This document shows positions 15,001 to 26,580 of a stretch of DNA of 64,000 nt, piece by piece. Each line of letters starts with the position of its first letter. Position 1 is the first letter of the stretch. The stretch lies in NCBI RefSeq assembly GCF_009914755.1, contig NC_060929.1; one strand, 5' to 3'. The position numbers were made by a program, and so were the translations under genes. Source of the DNA: the human T2T-CHM13v2.0 reference genome, Homo sapiens. Under the pieces are notes generated by a model. It was not told where the DNA came from. It did no database searches and worked only from the letters and a program-made list of their open reading frames with translations.

Positions 15001-18000
15001 CTCACAGAGTTAAACCTTACTTTTGATGGATCAGTGTGGAAACGCTGTTTTTGTCGAAACTGTGAAGGGATATTTTGGAGAGCATGAGGCCTACTGTGAA
15101 AAAGGAAATAACATCAGATAAAAACTAGAAAGAAGGTTTCTGAGAAACTACTTTGTGATGTGTGCATTGTTCTCAAAGAATTAAACGTTTCTTTTGATTG
15201 AGCAGTTTGGAAACACTGTTTTTGTAGTATCTGCAAAGGGATATTTGTGAGCACAGGGATATTTTTGTGAGCATTGAGGCCTATGTTGAAAAAGGAAATA
15301 TCTTCATATAAAAAATAGGCAGAAGCATTCTGAGAAACTGCTTTGTGATGTGTGCATTCTTGTCAAAGAGTTAGACATTTCTTTTGATGGAGGAGTTTGG
15401 AAACATGGTTTTTATAAAATCTGCAAAGGGTTATTATGAAGCACATTGAGGCCTTCAGTGAAAAAGGAAATATCTCAAAATAAAAATTAGAGAGGAGCTT
15501 TCTGAGAAACTGCTTTCGATGTGTGCATTCATCTGCCACAGGTAAACCTTTCTTTCTATTGAGCAGTTTGAAAACTCTGTTTTTGTAGAATCTGCAAAGG
15601 GATATTTGGGAGTGCAGGAGGCCTATGGTGAAAAGGGAAATAGCTTCAGATAAAAAAAAAGAAGCTTTTTGAGAACCTGCTTTGTGATGTATGCATTCAT
15701 CTCACAGAGTTAAACTCTTCTTTTGACTGATCAGTTTGGAAACACTTTTGTAATATAATCTGCAATGCGATGTTAGGTAGCGCAAAGAAGACTCCAGTGA
15801 ATAATGAAATATCTTCTGATAAAAACTGGAAAGAAGGGTTATGAGAAACAGCTTTCAGATGTGTGGGTTCATCTCACAGAATTAAACCTTCTTTTGAAGG
15901 AACAGTTCAGAAACACTGTTTTCATAAGATACACAAGGGGATATTTGAGAGTGCATTGAGGTCTGCCATGGAAAAGGAAATATCTTCATAGAAGAGCTAA
16001 AATAATGATACCTGAGAAACTGATTTGTGATGTGTGCATTCATCTCACAAAGTTAAAATTTTCTTGTGATTTAGCATTTTGGAAACACTGTTTTTTATAT
16101 TTTGGAAAAACAAAGGTATATTTGGGAGCACACTGAAGCCTATGGTGAAAACGGAAATATCATCAGTTAAAAACTACAAAGTAGCTTTTTGAGAAACTGC
16201 TTTGTAATGTGTGCATTCAACTCACAGTTAAACCTGCTTTTTGATTGAGCATTTTGGAAACACTGTTTTTGTAGAATCTGCGATGGGATATTTGGGAGTG
16301 CATTGAAGCCTACGGTGGTAAAGGAAATATCTTCAGATAAAAACTAGAAAGAAACTTTTTGATAACCTACTTTGTGATATGTACATTCCTCTCACAGAGT
16401 TAAACCTTTCTTCTCATAGAGCAGCTTGGAAACACTGTTTTGGTTTAATCTGTGAGGTGATATTAAGTAGCGCAAAGAAGCCTATGGTGAAAAAGGAAAT
16501 ATCTTCAGATAAAAACTGGAAAGAAGACTACGGAGACACTGATTTGTGATGTGTGCATTCACTTCAGTGTAAAATGTTTCCTTTGATGGAGCCGTTTAGA
16601 AACATCCTTTTGCAAAATCTGCGAAGTGTTATTTTGGAGTGCATTGAGGCTTGCAGTGAATAAGAAAATATTTCCAGATCGAAACAAGAAAGACACTTTC
16701 TGAGAAACTGCTTTGTGATGTGTACATACACCTCCCAGAGTTAAACCTATCTTTTGATTGATCAGATCGGAAACACTGTTTTTGTATAATCTGCCAAATG
16801 ATATTAGGTAGCTCATGAGGCTTATGATGAAAAAGGAAATAAGTTCAGAAAAAAAACTAGAAGGAAGCTTTCTGAGAAACTTTATAGTGATGAGTGCATT
16901 CTTCTCAAAGACTTATACCTTCCTCTGATTGAGCAGTTTGGAAACACTCTTTTTGTTGAATATGCAAAGGGATATTTTGCAGTGCACTGAGGTCTGTCAT
17001 GAAAAACGAAATATCTTTGGATAAAAACTAGAAAGAAGCTTTTTGAGAAACTGCTTTCTGATGTCTGTGTTCAACTCACAGAGTTGAACTTGTTTTTTGA
17101 TAGATAATTTTGAAAACACTGTTTTTGTAGAATCTGCAAAGTGATATTAAGTAACACAAAGAGGCCTATGGTGAAAAAGGAAATATCATCAGATTAAAAA
17201 CTGGAAAGGAGCTTTCTGAGACACTGATTTGTGATGTGTGCATACATTTCATTGTTAAATTTTTCCTTTGATGGAGCCATTTGGAAACACCATTTTGGCA
17301 GAATCTGTGAAGGGTTATTTGGGGTGCATTGAGGCCTATGGTGAAAAAGAAAATATCTCTAGATAAAAACTAGAAAGAAGCTTTCTGAGAAACTGCTCTG
17401 TGATGTGTACGTTCATCTGAGAGTTAAACATTTCTTTTGATTGAGCAGTTTGGAAACACTGTTTTTGTAGAATCCGCAAAGGGATATTTGGGAGTGCACT
17501 GAGGCCTATAGTGATAAAGGAAATATCTTGGGATAAAAACTAGAAAGAAGCTTTTTGAGAAACTGCTTTGTGTTGGAGGCATTCATCTCACACAGGTAAA
17601 CTTTTCTTTTGACTGATCAGCTTGGAAACACTGTGTTTGTATAATCTGGGAAGCGATGTTAGGAAGCGCACAAAGGCCTATGGTGAAAAAGGAAATATCT
17701 TAAGATAAAAACTGGAAAGAAGTGTTATAAGTAACTATTTTCCAATGTGTGCCTTCAACTCAGAGAGTTAAAATTTTCTTTTGATTGAAACTTTCAGAAG
17801 CACTGTTTTCATAGGATCTGCGAAGGAATATTTTGGAGCACATTGAAGCATATGGTGGAAATGGGAATATCTTCAGAGAAGAACTAGACAGAAGCAATCT
17901 GAGAAAATTCTTTGTAATGTGTGCATTCATCTCACAAAGTTAAAACTTTCTTTTGATTGAGCAGTTTGAAAACACTATTTTTGCAATCTGCTAAGTGATA

Positions 18001-21000
18001 TTCAGTAATGCAAAAAAGCCTATGGTGAAAATGGAAATATCCTCAGATAAAATCTGGAAAGAAGCATTAAGAGAAAATGCTTTCTGATATGCGCATTAAT
18101 CTCACAGAGTTAAGTCATTCTATCAGTGGAACAGATTGGAAACATTGTTTTTGTAGAATCTGTGAAGGGATATTTGGGAGCGCATCGAGGCCTATGGTGT
18201 AAAAGGAAATATCTTCTGATAAATACTAGAAATAACCTTTTTGAGAAACTTCCTTGTGATGTGTGCATTGATTTCACAGAGTTAAAAATTGTTTTTTGAT
18301 TGATCAGTTTGGAAACACTGTTTTTGGAAAACCTGTGAAGTGATATTATGTAGAGCAAAAAAGCCTGTGGTGACCTGAGAAATATCTTCAGATAAAAACT
18401 GGAAAGAAGTGTTATGAGAAACTTCTTCCTGATGTGTGCATTCATCTAACAGAGTTAAACCTTACTTATGATTGAGCAGTTTGGAAACACAGTTTTTGTA
18501 GAACCTGCAAAGTTATATTTGGGAGCATACTGAGGCCAATGGTGGAAAAGGAAGTATCTTCAGAGAACTAGATAGAAGCTTTTTGAGAAAACGCTTTGTG
18601 CTGTGGCATTCATCACACAGAGTTAAACCTTTCTTTTGATGGAAGAGTTTGGAAACACTGCTTTTGTAGATTCTGTGAAGGGATATTTGGGAGCACATTG
18701 TGGCCTATGGTGGAAATGGAATTATCTTCAGAGAAGAACTACACAGAAGCTTTCTGAGAAACAGCTTGGTGATGTGGGCTTTCTTCTCACAGTGTTAAAC
18801 ATTTCTTTTGATTGAGCAGTTTGGAAATCCTGTTTTTGTAGATCTGCAAAGGCACATTTTGGAGCACACTGATGCCTGTGGTAAAAAAGCAAACATCTTC
18901 AGATAAAAACGAGCAAGAAGCTTTTTGAGAATCTCTTTTATGATGCATGCATTCACGTCACATAAACTTTTCTTTTGACTGAGCACTTTGGAAACACTGT
19001 TTTTATGTAATCTGTGAAGAGATGTTAGGTAGCATAAAAAACCTATGGTGAATAAGAAAATATCTTCAGATAAAAAAAAACTGGAATTAAGCATTATGAA
19101 AAACTATTTTCTGATTTGTGCATTCATCTCACAGAATTAAATCCTTCTTTTGATGGAACCGTTTGAAACACTGTTTTTATAGACTCTGCAAAAGGATATT
19201 TTGGAGCACATAGAGGTGTATGGTGGAAAAAGAATTATCTACAGAGAAGAACTGGACAGAAACTATCTGAGAAAATGCTTTTTGAAGTGTGCCTTCATCT
19301 CACAGAGTTACAACTTTCTCTTGATTGAGCAGTTTGGAAACACTTTTTTTGTGGAATCTGTGATGACATATTTGGGAGCACCCTGAGGTCTGTGGTGAAA
19401 AAGGAAATATCTTCGCATAAAAACTACAATGATGCTTAAAGAGAAAATACTTTGTGGTGGGTGCATTCAACTCACAGAATTAAGCCTGTTTTTTGATTGA
19501 GCAGTTTGGAAACAGTGTTCACGTACAATCCTTGATGGGATATTTGAGAGCCCATTGTAGCCTTTGGTGATAAAGGAAATGTCTTTGCATGAAAACTTGA
19601 AAGAAACTTTTTTAGAAATTGTTTTGTGATGTGTGCGTTCATCTCACAGAGTTAAAACTCTTTATTCTGAGAAGTTTGGAAACACTGTTTTTGCAAAAGC
19701 TGCACAGCAAAATTAGGTGGCACAAAATATCCTATGATAAACAAACAATGAAATATCTTCAGATAAATACTGGAAAGAAGCTTTATAAGAAACTGCATTC
19801 TGAGGTGTGAGTTGAACTCACAGAGTTAAGTACTTCTTTTGATGGAACAGTTTGAAAAACACTGCTTTTTAAAGTATGTGAATGGATATTTCAGAGCACA
19901 TTGAGCCATATGGTGGAAAAGGAAATGTCTTCAGAGAAGAACTAGAGAGAAGATCTATTAGAAACTGCTTTGTGATGTGTGCATTCATCTCACAGATTTA
20001 AATCTTGCTTTGGTTTATCAGTTTTGAAACACTGTTTTTGTAGAATCTCCAAAGGAATATTTGGGAGCACTTTGCTGCCTACGGTGAAAAAGGAAATATC
20101 TTCAGATAAAAACTAGAAAGAAACTGTTTGAGAAACTGCTTTGTAATGTATGCATTCATCTAAAAGAGTTAAGCTTTTTTTCTCACTGAGCACTTTTGAA
20201 ACACTGTTTTTGTATAATGTGTGAAATGATGTTACGTAGCGCAAAAAGCCTATGGTGAACAAGCGAATATCTTCATATAAAACCTGGAAAGAACCATAAT
20301 GAGAAACTGCTTTCTGAAGTGTGCATTCATTCATCTCACAGAGTTAATTCCTTATTTTGAAGGAACATTTTGGAAACACTGTTTTTGTAGAATCCGCCAA
20401 GGGATATTTGGAAGCACATAGAAGCCTATGGTGAAAAAGGAAATATCTTCTGATAAAAACTAGAAAGAAGCATTTTCAGAATCTGCTTTGTGATGTGTGC
20501 ATTCATCTCACAGAATTAAACCTTACTTTTGATTTTTCAGTTAGGAAACACTGCATTTGCAGGATAAGCGTAGGGATATTTGGGAGCCCACAAGGTCTAC
20601 AGTGAAAAAGGAAATAACTTCATATAAAAACTAGAAAGGAGCTTTGTGAGAAACTGCTTCATGATGTGTGCATTCAACTCACAGAGAGAAAAGTTTCTCT
20701 TGACAGAGCAGAATGGAAACACTGTTTTTGCATACCTACAAAGTGATATTAGGTATCGCAAAAAGCCTATGATGAACAAGGAAATATCTTCAGATAAAAG
20801 GTGGAAAGAAGCATTATGAGAAACTTCTTTCTGATGTGTGCATTCATCTCACAGAGTTAAGTCCTGGTTTTGATGGAACAGTATGGAAACAGTTTTTGTA
20901 GAATCTGTGAAGGGATATTTGGGAGCACATTGAAGCCTGTGGTGAAAAAGGAAATATCTTCAGAGAAGAACTAGACAGAAGCCTTCTGAGAAACTCTTTT

Positions 21001-24000
21001 GTAATGTATGCATTCATCTCACTGAGTTAAAACTTTCTTTTGATTGGGCAGTTTGGAAACAGTGTTTTTGTAGAATCTGCAAAGGGATATTCGGAAGCAC
21101 ATTGAAGAGTACGGTGAAAAATATCTCACATAAAAACTAGAGAAAATTTACGAGAAACTGCTTTGTGAAGTGTGCATTCTTCTCACACAGGTTAACCTGT
21201 TTTTTGATTCATCGGTTTGGAAACACTGTTTTTGTAGAATCGGCAAGGGGATATTTGGGAGCACAAGAGGCCCATAGTGAAAAAGGGAATGACTTCAGAA
21301 AATACTACAAAGAAACTTTCTGAGAAACCGCTTTGTGATGTGTACAATCTTCTCACAGTGTTAAACGTCTCTTTGGATTGAGCAGTTTGCAAGCACTGTT
21401 TTTTGTATAATCTGAAAAGGGATATTTTGGAGTGCACTGAGTCCTATGGTGTAAAAGGAAATAGTTCAGAAAAACAACAGAAAGAAGCTCTTTGAGAAAA
21501 CACTTTGTGATACATTCATTCATCTCACAGAGCTAAACTTTTGTTTTGACTCAGCAGTTTGGAAACCCTGTTTCTGTACAATCTGCGAAGCAATGGTAGG
21601 TAGTGCGAAAAGGCCTATGTTGAACAAGGAAACATCTTCATATAAAAACTGGAAAGAATCGTTATGAGAAACTGCTTTCTGATGTGGGCGTTCATCTCAA
21701 AGAGTTAAATCCTTTTGATGGAACAGTTTGGAAACACTGTTTTTATGGAAACTGTGAAGGGATATTTTGTAGTGCTTTGAGACCTATAGTGCAAAAGGAA
21801 ATATCTTCAGAGAAGAACAAGACAGAAGGTATGTGAGAAACTTGTTTGTGACTTGTGCATTCATCTCACAGAGTTAAAATTTTCTTTTGATTGAGTAGTT
21901 TGGAAACACTGTTTTTGTATAACCTGCAAAGGTATATTTGGGAGCCCAATGAGCCCTATCATGAAAAAAGAAGTATCTTTACATAAATACTAGAAAGAAG
22001 CTTTTTGAGAAACTGCTTTGCTTTCTGTGAATTCATCTCACAGAGTTAAAACTTTCTTTTGACTGATCAGTTTGGAAACACTGTTTTTGTAGAATCTATG
22101 AAGGGATATTTGGGAGCCCACGATACCAATGGTGAAAAAGGAAATAACTTCAGATAAAAACTAGAAAGGAGCTTTCTAAGAAACCACTTTGTGATGTGTG
22201 CATTCTTCTCACAGTGTGAAACGTTTCTTATGATTGAGCAGTTTGGAAACACTGTTTTTGTAGAGTCTGTGGAGGGATAATTGGGAGCACATTGAAGCTT
22301 ATGGAGAAAAAGGAAATATCTTCGGATGAAAACTAGAAAGAAGCTTTCTGAGAAACTGCTTTGTCATGTGTGCATTCAACTCAGAGAGTTAAACCTTTCT
22401 TTTGACTGAGTAGTTTGGAAACACTGTTTTTGAAAAATCTACACAGCGATATTATGTAGCACAAAAAAAACCTATGGTGAACAAGGAAATTCCTTCAGAT
22501 ATAAACTCAAAAGAAGCTTTATAAGAAACTGCTTTTGATGTGTGTGTTAATCTCACAGAGTTAAGTCCTTCTTTTGGTGGAAGAGTTTGGAAACTGTTTT
22601 TATAGAATCTGTGAAGGGATATTTGGGAGTGCGTTGAGGCCTGTGCTGGAAAAGGAAATATCTTCAGAGAAGAACTGGACAGAAACTATCTAAGAAACTG
22701 TTTTGCGATGTGTGCATTCATCTCACAAAGTTAAACCTTTTGTTTGATCAGTTTGTAAACCCTTTTTTTTACAGAATCTGTGAAGGCATGTTTGGGAGTG
22801 CTTTGAAGTCTATGGTGAAAATGGAAATATCTTTGGACAAAAAGTAGAAAGAACCTTTTTGAGAAACTGCTTTCTGATGTGTGCATTCATCTCACAGAGT
22901 TAAACCTAACTTTTGACAGATCAGTTTAGAAACACTGTTTCTGTAGAATCTGTGAAGAGGTATTTGGAAGTGCACCAGACCTATGGTGAAAAAGGAAATA
23001 ATGTCAGATAAAAACTAGAAAGAAACTCTCTGAGAAACCAGTTTGGTTGTGTGAATTCATCTCACAGAGTTAAACGTTTCTTTTGATTTAGCAGTTTGGA
23101 AACTCTGTTTTTGTAGAATCTGCAAAGGGATATTTGGGAGCGCACTGATGCCTATGGTTAAAAAGGAAATGTCTTCGGATAGAAACGAGTAAGAAGGTTT
23201 TTGAGAAACTGCTTTGTGATGTATGCATTAATGTCCCAGAGTAGAACTTTTCTTTTGACTGAGAAGTATGGAAACACTGTTTTTATATAATCTGCAAAGT
23301 GATGTTAGGTAGCATAAAAAGGATTATGGTGAACAAGGAAATATCTTCAGATAAAAACTGGAATTAAGCAGTATGATAAACTGCTTTCTGATTTGCATCT
23401 TCATCTTACAGAGTTAAATCCTTCTTTTGATCAGCCAGTTTGCAAACACTGTTTTTATAGGCTTTAGGAAGGGATAATTGGGAGTGCGTAGAGGACTATG
23501 GTGGAAAAGGAAATATCTTCAGAGTAGAACTAGACAGAAGCTATCTAAGAAACTGAATTGTGATGTCTGCATTCATCTCACAGAGTTAAGCCTTTCTTTT
23601 GATTGAGCAGTTTGGAAACTGTTTTTGTAGAATCTGCAAAGGTATATTTTGGAGAGCCCTGAGGCCTATGGTGAAAAAGGAAATATCTTCACATAAAATT
23701 ACAAGGAAGTTTTTGAGAAACTGCTTTGTGTTGTGTGCATTCAACTCACAGAGATAAATCTGTTTTTTGATTGAGCAGTTCGGAAACAGTATTTGTGAAA
23801 GATCTGTGACAAGACATTTGGGAGTGCATTGAAGCCTATTGTGATAAAGGAAATATCGTCGGGTGAAAACTAGACCGAAGCTATCTGAGAAAGAGCTTTG
23901 TGATGTGTGTATTAATCTCACAAGGATAAACCATTCTTTTGATTGAGCAATATGGAAACACTGTTTTGTAGAATCTGCAAAGGGATATTTGGGAGCACAC

Positions 24001-26580
24001 TGAATCCTATGATGAAAAAGGAAATATCTTTGGACAAAAACGAGAAAGAAACTTTTTGAGAAACTCCTTTGTGATGTATGCATTCATCTTACAGAGGCAA
24101 ATTTTTCTGTTGACTCATCAGTTTGGAAACACTCTTTTTGTATAAAGTGCAAAGCGGTGTATGGTAGCATAAAAAGGCCTATGGTGAACAAGGAAATATC
24201 TTCAGATAAAAACTGGAAAGATGCGTTATGAGAAACTGCTTTCTGACGTGTGCATTCATCTCATAGAGTTCAATGCTTCTTTTAATGGAACAGTTTGGAA
24301 AAGCACTGTTTTTATAGAATCTGCAAAGGGATATTTGGGAGTGCATTAAGGAAAGTGGCGGAAAAGGAAATATCTTCAGAGAAGAACTAGACAGAAACTA
24401 TGTGAGAAACTGCTTTGTGATGTGTGCATTCATCTCACAGAGTTAAACCTTTCTTTTCATGGAACAGTTTGGAAACACTGTTTTTGTAGAATCTGCAAAG
24501 GTATATTTGGGAGTGCCCTGAGGACTATAGTGAAAAAGGAAATATCTTCACATAAAATTACAAGGAAGCTTTTTGAGAAACTGCTTTGTGTTGTGTGTGT
24601 CCAACTCACAGAGATAAATCCGTGTTTTTATTGAGCAGTTTGGAAACACTGCTTGTGAAAAATCTGTGACAAGATATTTGGGAGCCCATTGGAGCCTATT
24701 GTGAGAAAGGAAATATCTTCGGTGAAAACTAGGCAGAAGCTATCTGAGAAAGAGCTTTGTGATGTGTGTATTAATCTCACAAGGTTAAACCATTCTTTTG
24801 ATTGAGCAGTTTGGAAACACTGTTTTGTAGAATCTGCAAAGGGATATTTGGGAGCATAATGAATCCTATGATGAAAAAGGAAATATCTTCGGATAAAAAC
24901 TAGAAAGAAACTTTTTAAGAAACTCCTTTGTGAAGCATGCATTCATCTCACAGAAGTAAACTTTTCTTTTGACTCATCAGTTTGGAAACACTCTTTTTGT
25001 ATAATGTGCAAAGCAATGTTTGTATAATGTGCAAAGCAATGTTTGTATAAGGTGCAAAAAAGCCTATGGTGAACAAGGAATTATCTTCAGATAAAAAATG
25101 GAAAGATGTGTTATGAGAAACTGCTTCTGACGTGTGCATTCATCTCATAGAGTTTAATGCTTATTCTAATGGAACAGTTTGGAAACACTGTTTTTATAGA
25201 ATCTGCAAAGGGATATTTGGGAGCGCATTAAGGAAAGTGATGGAAAAGGAAATATCTTCAGAGAACAACTAGACAGAAACTATGTGAGAAACTGCTTTGT
25301 GATGTGTGCATTCATCTCACAGAGTTAAACCTTTCTTTTCATGGAACAGTTTGGAAACACTGTGTTTGTAGTGTCTGCAAAGGTATATTTCAGAGTGCAC
25401 TGAGGCCTATTCTGAAAAAGGAAATATCTTCAAGTATGAAGCAGAAAGATACTTTTAGAGAAACTGCTTTGTGATGTATGCATTCAACTCACAGAGTTAA
25501 ACCTGTTTTTTGATTGAGCAGTTTGGAGACATTTTTGCAGAATCTGCGTCAGGATATTTAGGAGTGTGTTGAAGCCTATGGTGATAAAGGAAATATCTTC
25601 TGATAAAAACTATCAAGAAGCATTTTGAGAAACTGCTTTGTGATGTGTGCATTCATCTCACAGAGTCAAACTTTTCTTTTGACTGAGCAGTTTGGAAACA
25701 TTGTTTTTGAAAACTCTGTGAATCAATATTAGGTAGCACAAAAAAGCCTATGGTGAAAAAGTAAGTATCTTCAGATAAAATCTGGTAAGATGTGTTATGA
25801 GAAACTACTTTCTGATGTGTGCATTCATCTCACAGAGTTAATTCCTTCCTTTGATGGAACAGTTTGGAAACAGTTTTTAGATCTGCTAAGGGGTATTTGG
25901 CAGTGCATAGAAGCCTATGGTAAAAAAGAAATATCTTCAGATAAAAACTGGGAAGAAGCTTTCTGAGACACTGATTTGTGATGAGTGCGTTCAATGAACA
26001 GTGATAAATCTTTCCTTTGATGGAGCCAATTGGAAACACCTTTTTGGTGGAATCTGCAAAGAGTTCTTTGGGAGCACATTTAGGCCTATGGTGAAAAAGG
26101 AAATATCTCCAGATGAAAACCAGAAAGAAGCTTTCTGAAAAACTGGTTTCTTATGTGAACATTCATTTGACAGAATGAAACCTTTCTTTTGATTGAGTAG
26201 TTTGGAAACAATGTTTTGGTAGAATCTGTGAAGGGATATTTTGGAGCACAATGTGGCCTACAGAGAAAAAGGAAATAACTTTGGATAAAAACTACAAAGA
26301 AGATTTATGAGAAACTGCTTTGGGATGTGTGCATTATTCTCACAGATTTAAACCTTTCCTTTGATTGAGCAGTTTGGAAACACTATTTTTGTAGAATCCA
26401 CAAAGGGATATTTGAAAGCACTGTTAAGCCTATGGTGAAAAAAGAAATATATTCAGATAAAAACTAGAAAGAAGCTTATTGAGAAACTGCTTTGTGGTGT
26501 GTCCATTCATCTCACAGAGTTAAAACTTTCTTTTGACAGAGCAGTTTGGAAACACTGTTTTTGTGTAATCTGCAAAGTGA
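1..26580 (+). repeat. Diverged alpha satellite, layer 1 (~171-bp monomers, no CENP-B boxes seen)
   Basis: ~171-bp tandem recurrence of GAGAAACTGCTTTGTGATGTGTGCATTCATCTCACAGAGTTAAACCTTTCTTTTGATTGAGCAGTTTGGAAACACTGTTTTTGTAGAATCTGCAAAGGGATATTTGGGAG...TATCTTCAGATAAAAACTAGAAAGAAG. Neighbouring monomers are heavily diverged. Strand is relative to the conventional alphoid consensus. Confidence 0.98.

Noticed and set aside
23170-23192. Possible CENP-B boxes (CTTCGGATAGAAACGAGT; also ~1838 and ~23877)
   Set aside because: They do not fit TTCGNNNNANNCGGG and are A-box variants. A regex scan of both strands would confirm the absence.
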